This document shows, piece after piece, positions 51,085 through 64,000 of a stretch of DNA of 64,000 bases. Origin of the DNA: Octopus bimaculoides. Taxonomy: Eukaryota. The stretch is from the NCBI RefSeq assembly GCF_001194135.2, contig NC_068995.1:13758879-13822878 (forward strand), read 5' to 3'. Position numbers and translations under genes: made by a program. Each line of letters begins with the position of its first letter. Within the stretch, counting starts at the first letter, position 1. The notes beneath the pieces are model-generated. The model saw nothing but the letters and a program-made list of their open reading frames with translations. It did no database searches and was not told where the DNA came from.

Positions 51085-53671
51085 TCTCCAAAAAAGCTGG
51101 TGGAGAAAAAAACGACCTTGACCATTACGTTGTATCTGCCAGAGTTTCGCATCCGTTGGCATCCTAAGTAAAAATCTTCTTGAACGAAGCAAATAAAATT
51201 AAATTGAAGATAAAAAATCTTCTAAATAAATCTTAACCTTATTTTAAACAAGCTATTTGTAATATTACACATATGTATATATATGCATGTATATACATAT
51301 ATCTGTCTATATTTATGTGTGTGAATATATACATATACATGAATATGTGGAAGTGTTGGAGAAGGAAGTACTTGTATAGTCATGTAATATGTTGTGTGTG
51401 TGTGTGAAACTGCCGGAGGAGGAGGAGGAGGAAGTGCTTGTATAGTCATTACTGCTACTATCATTATCATTACTGTTATTATTACTACTCACAGTTATTT
51501 CCATCATCTCGCCAGTCAGTTGAAAACGAGGCTTTGGAATGATATTTAAACATGGCTGTCTCCTGATCAGTAAGGTTCACGACTAAAACAACTAAATGAC
51601 GGGTATGTTACTTCTGCTTACATCTATAAATGCTTAATGGGAACATCCCATACTTTAGATATATCAGTAATGTATACATTGACTGCAATATTTCACCTTG
51701 GCTTTCGTTAACGGAATTTTTTTCTGTGATGCGTCTTGTCTGATACAATATAGTTGTATGTTGTCTCTCACTCTCTCGTTGAAGACAACTGTCTCTTCTT
51801 GTCAAATATCTTGTAGGTCTTATATTTGTTATTCACTCAAAGCTTTGCTCTGGCACCACTAATACCCTCGCTGTCTGTTATGACATTTTAGGCTTCCATT
51901 AAAGAAACATGTAATTTATATTACATATGGATTATACTAATTTCATTGAGCAACTTTAGATTTCTCTGTTGCGTTTAGCTTTTTATATGTATTTATTTTG
52001 ATAGAAGAAAGTATGTCGGTAGCAGTGCTCTGTTTTGAGAACAGAAAGTCTCGACAAATTCATCCCCTTTTTTTATATTATTACAGAAGGCTTTTTAAAA
52101 TAATCTCCCTCTTTGCAATTGTAACCTTTATTTTCACGTCACCTTCAATTCCCCTGTTAAATAAGTGTTTCTGTAGCTAAGCATTCACCTAAAATATAGA
52201 CTGGTATTTAACAGGTATGTGCTGGCTGGTTTTCGCTTTCTTAAATTTCAGTTTTTAAATATATATTTTTTCTTTCCGGACATTCATTTTCTTTGTCCGT
52301 ACAAACAATAAAAATAATTTCTCTAGCCGTAAAAATATTTCTCTTTGATATTCTATTTTTAACATAGTTTTCCTTCCACCTTGATTAAAAAAATCATTTC
52401 TTTCTAGTTCCATATATTTTTTTTAATACTTTTTTTTTGTTAGTGTGTACACAGATATTATATTGCTTTATTTGTACTATTTTGTTTGTCTTTAACGTTT
52501 GAGAAATGTATATCAAGGTGTTAGGTGTGGGTCTTTCTAGGAAGTTCTTGGAGCAAGCAGTTGCAGTTACAGAAAGAAATAAAGAATCAGAAAACGATAG
52601 TGGTAGCTAAGTAGCTGTTGATATGTTATGCAACTTCTTAATGAAACCCTATTGAAGTACGTATTTTCCTACTCATGGGTAGTCATTTATGAAAACTGAC
52701 GAGAAATGAAATAAAAATAACACTTCTATGTCTGCTTTCTGTTATTGCGTGTGTTTTGTGTGTTGTTTTGCCCCAAATCGACGAGGGTCGATCTAGCTTA
52801 TGATATGATTAAAGGAATCCTAGCTATGAATAAACATCCCGTCTTTGTAAGAGGCATGTACCATTCATCTGTCTTACAACGGTAGTTTGTGTGTGTGTGT
52901 GATTTGAGGAATATTTCGGCTCAAATCTAGCAGGTTGAATGGTTTACGTACAGGCTCCCCTCGATGATTCGTTGTGCTTTTCCGTTCCGTTAAAGATGTT
53001 GAAGTGAGATCTAAGATCAAAACACCCAAATACTTACTCACCAGACTGCGATAATCATGAAAGCAATAGTTGTAGCATTTTGGAGAAAGAAGGGGGAAAA
53101 AAAGCCTTCGAATTCTTTCCACTTTTTCGTTGGTGTTTGTACACCATTTCTCGCATGAGTTTATTTCAATTCGTTTTTCTTCACTCCATATTAAATCAAT
53201 AAGGGAGAGAGATGCTTTTTACATAGACTCGCGATCTGCTAGAAAAAGCAATGAAATCTCCCTCGAATCACGCCCTACTAGCTTAGAATTGAAATGACAC
53301 CTTGAATGCTGTAGACGTAGACATTAAATCTGAAAAAGAAAGAAAAAAAATAGGATGGTCTCGGCTGGAATGCCTTTCGTTTTGTGTTTTGCTTGATTTG
53401 TGCTGACCTGGAAGCTCACCACCATCAAGTAGGGGGCATCTAAGTGGTCTCTCGACCTGCTAGATATAGCAGCTAAATCTCCTTTGCATCGTACTTTGTT
53501 GTCTCCAGAAAAAACAAGTTGGACAATGTAATGCCACATATAATATCTGGAATTAAGCTGGTCTGGCTGTAGTTGAAATTCTTAATCAAGTCCACACAAC
53601 ATAAAAATAACAAATATCATTTTCCCTCGTTATAGAATGTGTGTGTGTGCGTGTGTGTGTCATTATATTAC

Positions 53672-53709
<38 letters not shown>

Positions 53710-54668
53710 CCTTTCCGATCTCTCATTGTTTGGATTATTATCGTCATCATCCATGTGGTATTCCTTTCTCATAACCGTTTGACATTTGATACAATAGATA
53801 NNNNNNNNNNNNNNNNNNNNNNNNNNNNNNNNNNNNNNNNNNNNNNNNNNNNNNNNNNNNNNNNNNNNNNNNNNNNNNNNNNNNNNNNNNNNNNNNNNNN
53901 NNNNNNNNNNNNNNNNNNNNNNNNNNNNNNNNNNNNNNNNNNNNNNNNNNNNNNNNNNNNNNNNNNNNNNNNNNNNNNNNNNNNNNNNNNNNNNNNNNNN
54001 NNNNNNNNNNNNNNNNNNNNNNNNNNNNNNNNNNNNNNNNNNNNNNNNNNNNNNNNNNNNNNNNNNNNNNNNNNNNNNNNNNNNNNNNNNNNNNNNNNNN
54101 NNNNNNNNNNNNNNNNNNNNNNNNNNNNNNNNNNNNNNNNNNNNNNNNNNNNNNNNNNNNNNNNNNNNNNNNNNNNNNNNNNNNNNNNNNNNNNNNNNNN
54201 NNNNNNNNNNNNNNNNNNNNNNNNNNNNNNNNNNNNNNNNNNNNNNNNNNNNNNNNNNNNNNNNNNNNNNNNNNNNNNNNNNNNNNNNNNNNNNNNNNNN
54301 NNNNNNNNNNNNNNNNNNNNNNNNNNNNNNNNNNNNNNNNNNNNNNNNNNNNNNNNNNNNNNNNNNNNNNNNNNNNNNNNNNNNNNNNNNNNNNNNNNNN
54401 NNNNNNNNNNNNNNNNNNNNNNNNNNNNNNNNNNNNNNNNNNNNNNNNNNNNNNNNNNNNNNNNNNNNNNNNNNNNNNNNNNNNNNNNNNNNNNNNNNNN
54501 NNNNNNNNNNNNNNNNNNNNNNNNNNNNNNNNNNNNNNNNNNNNNNNNNNNNNNNNNNNNNNNNNNNNNNNNNNNNNNNNACACACACACACACTTAGGA
54601 AATAGCTTTTCTTGCAGAAATTTGCAATATGCATAAACATTATTGCCTGTTTTTATTTATGTGCGCGA

Positions 54669-54716
<48 letters not shown>

Positions 54717-57700
54717 CTGTTTATGTATAAAATCTTGTGTTCAGTTTTAATTTAGGCTAACATTAATATTATCAATCTCAAACAATCGCACGCATACATA
54801 CAGACCAAGAAGACAACGTTTTCTGTACGTATATTGTCATTGTTTACAAATAAATCGTTTCATTGATATCTGTATATTCAGTTTATGTACGTAAATTGGA
54901 GAGGAGTGGCTTGATCGCATTTATTTCAAGATTATACTATTGACATACGTATAGCGATAAACATCACACACACACACACACACACACACGTTTTCGACAG
55001 TGCAAAAATAGAAAATATGAACTAATAACACTCACATAGGCATACACACATCGAGATCAATAATAGAAAACAAGTAGTACACACACACACACACACACAT
55101 ATATTTACACGTACACACCCACACACAATGCAATCAATATTCGGTGACAAGTGGCATACATGCACACACACGTATATATATATATATATATATATATNNN
55201 NNNNNNNNNNNNNNNNNNNNNNNNNNNNNNNNNNNNNNNNNNNNNNNNNNNNNNNNNNNNNNNNNNNNNNNNNNNNNNNNNNNNNNNNNNNNNNNNNNNN
55301 NNNNNNNNNNNNNNNNNNNNNNNNNNNNNNNNNNNNNNNNNNNNNNNNNNNNNNNNNNNNNNNNNNNNNNNNNNNNNNNNNNNNNNNNNNNNNNNNNNNN
55401 NNNNNNNNNNNNNNNNNNNNNNNNNNNNNNNNNNNNNNNNNNNNNNNNNNNNNNNNNNNNNNNNNNNNNNNNNNNNNNNNNNNNNNNNNNNNNNNNNNNN
55501 NNNNNNNNNNNNNNNNNNNNNNNNNNNNNNNNNNNNNNNNNNNNNNNNNNNNNNNNNNNNNNNNNNNNNNNNNNNNNNNNNNNNNNNNNNNNNNNNNNNN
55601 NNNNNNNNNNNNNNCCTGGTGAACCATGCGACAATTCTTCGATTCTGTGTAGAGGATAACTTACCGATGTCGCTTATGTCTGTCTCTAAGAAAAGGTCAA
55701 ACCGCCCACAGACCCATTTCTCTTGCCATATGTAAAGTAAGCTTGAGATCTGATGCCCTCAAAACGTCTATGTATATATTTATATTAGTGTTTGTTGTTT
55801 AGGTGTTTGTCTGCGGTTTGTTTACTGATAATGCAATACTTTAAACTATTTTTGGTATTTCATCCAAAATTGTTTGAGCTGCTTGTCAGTGTTTTTTTTT
55901 TTTTTTTAAGGCATACTGACATTTTATTAGGTTCTTGGAATTCTGATCCCTGCATTTCATTAAAATGGCTCATGCTGGCTGACATTCCAGACTTCACTAA
56001 TAACATAAAAGCATAAAATTTTGTATTTTTAGTACCTTGTTTTTATGCTTTTAAAATGTGTATCTGAATCATTATTATTATCATTATTATTAATCCTTTC
56101 TACTATAGGCACAAGGCCTGAAAATTTGGCAGGGAGGGGATTAGTCGATTATATCAACCCCAGTGTTCGACTGGTACTGATTATACCAGCAGTGAAAGAA
56201 TGAAAGGCAAGGTCGTCTTCAGTGGAACTTGAACTCAGAATGTAAAGATGAACGAAATGCTGTTAAGCATCTTGTCAACGATTCTACCATAAGCACAAAG
56301 CCTGAAATTTGATGGGGGAGGGAAAGTTGATTACATTGATGCTAATGCTGAACTGGTACTTTTTTCATCAACCACAAAAGGATGAAAGGCAACATCGACC
56401 TTGGTGGGATTTGAACTCGGAACATAAAGACAGATGACATACCACTAAACATTTTATCTGGGGTGCTTACGATTCTGCCAGCTTGCTGCCTAATGATTGC
56501 TTTTATATAAACTGGAACGGTCGTTGTAGATTGCTGGTCATTAGAACATTGGATAAAGTTCCTTGCAGTATTTATTTCAATGGTCTGTGCTCTGAGTTCA
56601 AATACTGCCAAGGTTAAATTTGCTTTCCATTTTTTTCCTGGTGGGGTGGTGGTGGTTAATTTAAAAAGAAAAAAAAATACCAATTCAGATTGTCCTGTAA
56701 GAATCTCAAACAGGATTACCTGTGGTATTTGTCCTGGCTGGGTCCCTTTTAGCAGATTCCATTCTGTTGCTAGCATTCAGGTCAGTTGTCTGATTTCATG
56801 ATCCCTTTCCCACCTCTCTCTCTCTCCTCCCAACCAGTCTTGGAGACCCTGTAATGGATCATGGGCACCATCATTCCACCTGAATAAATGATAAAGGGAG
56901 GAAAAAAATCTGTTGATTTCTAAAATAGCACCTTAAGCATTTTCTGCTAGAAATCTTTCCTTTTTTGTTTCAGTCATTGGACTACGGCCATGCTGGGGCA
57001 CTGCCTTGAAGGGTTTTAGTCAGACAGATCGAACCCTGCCCACCAGTAATTTTCTTTTTCTTAGTCTGATACTTACTCCATCATTCTCTTTTGCCAAACC
57101 AAATAATGAAGACATAAACCAAAATCTGTGAGTCGTGGACAAACAGGGGCATAAAGACATAAACACGTGTGATGGGCTACCACACGGTTTCCATGTCCCA
57201 AATTCACTCACAAGGCATTGGTCAGTCTAGGGTTACAATAGAAGACATTTGCCAGAGGTGCTGCATAGTGGGAGTGAACTAAAAACCATGTGGCATGCAA
57301 AGAAGCTTGCACATGACCATTCCTGTGGCTATGAATGCATTGCAAGATCACCACAATCTCAACTAACTATATATATACCATACATTGAGTTTTACTATTG
57401 AAACTAATCTGTTTTTTTTTCTCTCTTGGAAGAACCAACTCTCTAAATGTTGAACTGTTTCTCTTCTTCCTTACAGTGAAAAATTAATAACCCTGTTTAG
57501 TTTTAACTTTTTTTCTTTTCTTTCCTGATACTTCCTTGGATATTTTATAAACTCACACAACTCCCAGCTTATCGACATCAATTGCTGTTGTTGTTGTTTA
57601 GCTCTAAGTTGTCTTTGATCAAGCAGACATCTGATTAAAAGTATTGAAGCTGTTTATTTCTGCCATGGTTGTATGGTTAAGAAATTTGCTCCCCAACCAC

Positions 57701-58607
57701 ATGAGTTTGAGTTCAGTCTTAGGCAAGTGTCTTCTTCTCTAACCCCTAGCTGACCAAAGCTTTGTAAGTGGATTTGGTAAGCAGAAACTGTAAGAAAGGC
57801 GGGGAGCTGGCAGAGACATTAGCATGCCAGGCGAAATGCTTAGCAGTATTTTGTCTGCCGTTATGTTCTCAGTTCAGATTCTGCCGAGGTTGATAAATTA
57901 AGTACCAGTTATGCACTGGGGTCGATGTAATCGACTTAATCCCTTTGTCTGTCCTTGTTTGTCCCCTCTGTGTGTAGCCCCTTGTGGGCAGTAAAGAAAT
58001 AAGAAACTGTAAGAAACCCGTCTTGTCCGTTTGTCTCTTTGTTTTGACATCACATTATAGTAGTAAGTGAACATCACTGTCCTACAAGCTGTGTCGTTCA
58101 TTTCCATGTAAACATATCCCACCAAGGGGACACTTGGAAATAGATGAAGGTTGGTGACTGGAAAGGTATCTAGCCATAAAAAGATCTACCTCAACGAATT
58201 TCATCTGACTCTTGCAAACATGGAGAAGTGGACATTAAAATTATGATTGTGTATCTGAGACTACATTATCCATTGTGTCCCTTTCTTTTGAGACGATAGA
58301 CTTTAGTTTGAAGACTTGGCTGCTATATCTACCAGTTTGAATGATCATAGAGGTGACCTCATTGGCTGAGGTGAATTGATAATTCATTGCTGTGATACAA
58401 AGACTGGGCACCCGTTCTCATTAGGGACCATTCCACTGATGTTCCTAGAAAGGCATGCATATCACTTCTTTGTGTTTGTCTTCCCAAAATGCCTCATTGT
58501 ATGTGTGCGACAGATAATTAAGGCTGAATTAGCTAACCCTATCTGTTGGGCATAGTACTTCAGAAAAAATGTCTACACACGCACACACGCACACGCACAC
58601 ACACACA

Positions 58608-58642
<35 letters not shown>

Positions 58643-58719
58643 TTAAATGGTTTGATGTTATTTACATTGACATATAAAATTCAAACCTAACATGGAACAG
58701 TGTCATGATTCTTTGTGCA

Positions 58720-58850
58720 CACACACACACATATATATATTATGACACACACATATATATATTATCACACACACACACTAACATATTGTGACACACACAC
58801 ACGAACATATTGTGACACACACACACGAACATATATTATGACACACCCAC
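58720..58850. repeat. Short CA-rich minisatellite (unit about acatatt(g/a)tgacacacacacacga)
   Basis: Four to five imperfect units of about 22-26 nt. Confidence 0.7.
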
Positions 58851-60827
58851 ACACATGAAAATATATATACTCAACACATATATTCCAGACACACATATAC
58901 CCCACATAGATATACTCCCCCATATATACATACTCATGCATGCAAACAGGCATACGCCCACACACACACACACACGTATATGCATGTAAACACATCCATT
59001 TCAAAGTAAGTACGTTACAAATTTTAACCTATTTGACCAGAAACATCAAACAAAACGATGAATTTTACTGCAGATTTGTTTTATTTTAACCATACCCCCA
59101 CTACGTTGCGGAATGGGGAGTGGGGGAGTGCTATTGCTTTTTCACTCCACTCACTCTCCACCCATCAAACTGCAGGATAGAGATGTCTGCTCTGGGTTAA
59201 TATTGTAAATGTTCAGCTTGAATTCTTTTGGTCAAATGTCTTTGGTAGCTTTGAGGAGAAAGTGATACAAAGTAAAACTGATTGGTGGAAGAGAGTTGAC
59301 ATGGTAGGATTGATGGTTATTTAACCTTAGATCAGCCCAGATTGAGTAGAATTAAGATCAAAAACTATCCAGCAATGACCCTCCTATCTTATTGTATCAC
59401 ACTACTATAACAAGACACCTCTTTCTTACTTTAACCTCTCTACTCTTTGGTACAATGCCACTTCCTTCAATACTGCACCTGTACTGTGAAGGGGTCTTGC
59501 ATGTTACTTGGTGACCCAACTTGTGCTGGTGTCACAAAAAGAAAAAAAGCACCATACTTGAATGTGGTTAATGTTAAGAAGGGCATCTAGCCATAGAAAC
59601 CTATCTTAAGCAGGCATTGAAGACCAACATGGCCTTCAGGCGAGTCTTATCCTGTCAGACCATAAAACCCATGTCAGTATGGAACATAAATATTAAACTT
59701 AGGACGATAGCTATGATTTAAAGTAAATTTGGCTTCTCTTTTCTGTAGGTCAAGTGACTGCATGGAAGCTCTTCTGTTTGATTGTAAAATAGGCTTGAAA
59801 TGGAGGTAACATACATTTGACAGCTTAGGAAGAACAGAGGTCATCATAACAACAGTATAAGGGAGTGGAAAGGCTTGCAACTTGATGATGGGCTTTTGTA
59901 CTCAGTCACTTAAGTTGCTAGAAGTAGCAACCAAATGCCCCTCAAATCACAACATGCTATCTTTAAAAAAAAAACCAAAACAGAAGGACACATTGGATAA
60001 TGTAATCCTGGATATAGGAAGAGGAACAGAATTTCTTAGCTCAAAGCTTTGCTCAATCCTAGGCTATAAACAACTGCTAACATATTGATATATTGTTATT
60101 GTTTTCTCCCCACCTCTGCTTGTTTTTGTCATTGCTGTGATGGTTCTGGTTTCTCTGAACTGGCAAGATAAAGATCACATCCATCCAATACTAAAAGAGC
60201 TATTTGTTTTTCCTCCTCCCATTAACTTCCGTACCTATCTGACCTCAAATTGGTATGCTAACTAAATACTTCACCCAGTTTCTTTCCTCCCTAGATTTGC
60301 AACTCTCTGGAATTCCCCCTCAGCTTTCACTTTCCCTGTCATCCATCAAGGACAGCTCTATCAAGCTGCTTGGTATGTTAGAAGTAGCAGCCAAATTTCC
60401 CTCTTATCATAACTTGCCAACTTAAAAAAAAAGTGAACATTGTTTTTAGTGTTGTTTTTGATACATAGTTTGGATATATAGGAAGAAGGGATAGTCATGG
60501 ATGGAAGGATACTCATTCATTCACTTGATCAGGATTGGCATGGGTGTAAACAACAACTTAGAGAAGTTCAAGTTAATCAGCTATCATCAGTTGTGCAGTG
60601 GCACTGGTCTTTCTGTTTTTCCTTAATCCTTTCGCATTCAGATTACTCTGTCAAATGTATTGCTTATTTATTCACATTGTTTTGAATTAATCTTGCATAA
60701 TCTCGTAGCTCTGAGATTTTGATGATGTGATTGTATTTAAATGACATTGTAGGGTAGGTATGAGAGTCTGGATCTGACTGGTTTGAACATAAGACAGGTA
60801 AATATTTGGGCTTGATATAGCTGGTTT

Positions 60828-61130
60828 GAGGCACAATGGCCCAGTTGTTAGGGCAGCAGACTCGCAGTTGGAGGATCGCAGTTTCGATTCCTAGACTGGG
60901 CATTGTGTGTGTTTATTGAGCAAAAACACCTAAAGCTCCTAGAGGCTCTGGCAGGGGATGGTGGTGAACCCTGTTGTACTCTTTCGCCCCAACTTTCTCT
61001 CACCCTTTCTTTCTGTTTCTTGAGTAACGCTGCGATGGACTGGTGGGGGACACATACGCTATAGAAACCAGGAAACTAGGCCCATGAGCCTGGCTAGGCT
61101 TTAAAAAGGGCGCATAAATAAATAAATAAT
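60828..61130 (+). mobile_element. tRNA-derived SINE (same family as 15915-16223), nested in a piggyBac-type MITE
   Basis: Head ggcacaatggcccagttgttagggcagc and (taaa)n tail. TSD gatat(a/g)gctggttt at 60814-27 and 61131-44. Confidence 0.85.
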
Positions 61131-64000
61131 GATATGGCTGGTTTAAATGTTAGAGAGTTAATGTATAAGAACTAGTGTAGGCACTACTTCTGGTACTGAG
61201 TAACCATGAGGCTTAGGGTTCAATCTCTCTGCATGGCATCATGGGCAAATGTAATTTTCGTAGTATTGAGTCAACCAATATTTTGTGAATAAAATAGGGG
61301 AATGGAAACTGTATGGATGCCTACTTAGTAGATTGTACATTGGAGTTCAAAAAGTACAGCCTTGTTTTACACACACACACGCACACGCACACACACACAC
61401 ATTGTGTCATGGTGATTCTTCCTGAAAATTTCATAAGTACATGAATCTGTGGAATACTCATCCATTTACACTCTAATTCAGGAACAAGTAAGTATTCCAG
61501 TCTATTAATAGAACAGCCTGCTCATGAAATTAACATGCAAGTGGCTGAGTACTCCACAGACATGTGTACCTTTAATGAGGTTCTTATGGAGATTCAGTGT
61601 GATGCACAAATGTGACTGGGCTGGCCCTTTGAATTAAAGCTACAACTCATTTTTGCCAGCTGAATGGACTGGAGCAGTATGAAATAAAGTGTCTTGCTCA
61701 AGGACACAATGTCCTGCCAGGAATTGAACTTACAGCCTTAAGATTGCAAGTCAAATACCCTAGCCATTTAGCCATGCTTTTTCATGGTAATTAGATTGAC
61801 CAAGCAACTGAACCCTTTTTGTGGAGTGCCAAAGATTCATTACAAGAAAAATGCAATGAGACAATTGGGCACAGCTGTTTGGGAACTGGTGGTTTTGCTT
61901 GGTTGACTGAACATAAGAACTACTCTCAGCAACAGTACTTTTTGACACTGGAGACACACACACACACATACACACACACGCACACACACACACACACACA
62001 CACAATGGTTATAAGAAGGGGAGGGAGATACATTATGATTTATTAATTGAACACAATTGCCATTAACAATCACCTTCTCATCATATGCATAAAAATATGT
62101 TCACATATATAAATAGTGAGAAAGAGAGAAATCAAGAAAAAAAACATTAAATGTGGCACCAATCAGCTGTGCCAAGATGTCTCTTATTCCCAGAAAACGC
62201 ATTGTTTTTTTCCTGAAAGAGAAACCTAATTTTTGTGATACCTTGGCATCGTGATGCACATGTCGCCATCACGGGAGGTCATCAGAAATTGTAAGTCTCA
62301 GAATTTGCAAGGAATGTTATAGAGGAAGGTGTTTTTGGACGTACATTCGGCACACTTCTGATAGTGTCAATATGTGAATTCTGATATCTAGATAGATAGG
62401 TGGACAGATAGATAACTTTCTTTACAATTCATGCTTTCACATATATCTATGAAGACATTTTGCAGTGAAGGGCAGGGTTTGTGTTTATATCTCTTACCAG
62501 ATAATTCTTTCAGATAAAACTTCTTGATATTGTAGCAGCAATAGTAGTATTGGTAGCTGGATGTATTAATAAACAAGTTTCAGAAAGCACACATAATGTA
62601 CTCTTAAATGTCTTTATGCTATTTGCATTGATGACGGATCAAGTTGTAAACTAGATGTCAAAGTTAAGTCGCGGTTGTTTGAATGTCTATAGTAAAAACA
62701 AAGGACGGAAAATTGTGCAATGGTGTGTGTAGGTATGTCTATAGCTATATAGGTTTGTGTGTTTGTGTGTGTATATATATATGTATGTATAGACATACAC
62801 ATCTGATATATATTTACCTGTGTATCCATATAGATAGATAGCTATACATATACATGTTATACATAAACATGCCCACATACATAAATTACAATAGCAACCT
62901 TATGTAATTCTCCCAATAAAACTAGTCTTTAGATTTAATAGAGTACTACATTGAAGGAGAGAGAGATAGAGAGAGAGAGAAGAAAGAAAGAAAGTGGTGG
63001 TGTATGTGTGTGGTGGGGTTGGTTTTACTTTTACATATTGCAGCACTTTAGAATTATAAGATTCTGCACTCCTTGAATAGATTATATANNNNNNNNNNNN
63101 NNNNNNNNNNNNNNNNNNNNNNNNNNNNNNNNNNNNNNNNNNNNNNNNNNNNNNNNNNNNNNNNNNNNNNNNNNNNNNNNNNNNNNNNAATCTGGTGCCT
63201 TTCAGTAGACTATCTGGCAAAGGCTAGCTTTGAAGTCACTGTCATCATTCTTGTAGAAGTATAATAAATGTCTATTCTACAAAAAGTAATGAGTAATCCT
63301 TCAGTATAATATAAAATCGTTATTATTATAACCTGACATAAAAATAAACATTAAAATACATAATGTAGTTCATGGTGTGTGTGTGTGTGTGTGTAGTATG
63401 AGACATGATGGTCACACTTGGAATGCCTTTGATTATAAGTCTGTTCAGTTGGGTTCACCTATAGCTAATCAGCAATAGATGTATATGTGTGGGAAGGTAA
63501 TTATTCACTTCTTTGATCTAATAGAAATAGTAGCCACATCTTCCTCAGATCATCCTACTATCTTTAAAAAGAAAAAAAAATAAATCAATGTGCATGTATG
63601 TGTGCATTTTGTCTTAAATCATTGCTGACTTAAAGCTGTCAACAACTGCATGTATATATATGTGTTTGAGGCATTTTTTTTTTTTTTTTTTCTAACTTCA
63701 GTGTTACCTGTAATAGTTTCATGAAAAAGTAAAATCAATATTGATCATTATTATCATCATTGTAAAAAAAATCATTTATTTACTATTAGTTTTTTAATTG
63801 TTTCTTTTTTTTTTGTTTTGTTTCCTATGACGATACTTGTACAGGAAGATAGTTGATTTAACATATTGCTGCTCTTGTTCCTCACCTGTCTGCACAGGTT
63901 TTCCACTTCTTTGCTTGGTTAGTTTCATAGGAATGCTGTTTCTGAACATACTCATAAAAGGACAATAAAAGCACCCAGTTGCTCTTAGATAAATGTTTAG

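Noticed and set aside
53641-55735. Longest ORFs in the track (up to 331 aa), also 14824-15194 and 62900-63264
   Set aside because: They consist of X runs over assembly gaps plus microsatellite translations.
59115-59160. GA-rich/CT-rich hairpin
   Set aside because: Low-complexity pairing with several bulges, expected by chance.
62240-62290. Minus-strand CTGATGA followed by a cgtgatg/catcacg hairpin
   Set aside because: No GAAA follows the stem and there is no stem III, so it is not a hammerhead.
62490-62700. Minus-strand acceptor (tttttactatag) and donor (ctg|gtaaga) suggesting an exon
   Set aside because: All three frames hit stops. A frameshifted QLDP-VINANSIKTFKSTL reading looks more like a decayed LINE end, and that is too weak to call.
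63845-63970. Possible plus-strand acceptors and a hydrophobic short frame near the right edge
   Set aside because: Several mutually inconsistent splice options and no recognisable homology.
1-64000. CRISPR arrays, rRNA or prokaryote-type operons
   Set aside because: No repeat-spacer periodicity or rRNA motifs. The sequence is intron-rich eukaryotic DNA.

Overview
This is eukaryotic genomic DNA: AT-rich, full of microsatellites and SINEs, with five N gaps. The repeat landscape suggests an octopod cephalopod such as Octopus (inference). One protein-coding gene is well supported: the 5' part of a DENND6/FAM116 orthologue (DENN-domain Rab GEF) on the minus strand. Five GT-AG coding exons (50926-51084, 33855-33893, 10714-10756, 4637-4746, 3612-3692) splice into one 144-codon frame. 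I found no further exon, so the gene probably continues past position 1. Its introns (17, 23, 6 and 0.9 kb) hold tRNA-derived SINEs, piggyBac-, hAT- and Tc1/mariner-type MITEs, and decayed RTE/BovB-like, CR1-like and Ty3/Gypsy fragments. The most notable signal is four unrelated hammerhead-ribozyme (HHR) motifs, three near-complete (15.07, 27.43, 36.75 kb) and one broken (28.95 kb). Each sits in an inverted or tandem repeat context typical of Penelope-like elements or retrozymes. The best-preserved copies are antisense to DENND6 and the sense copies are damaged. All folds and alignments were done by eye; no database search was run.
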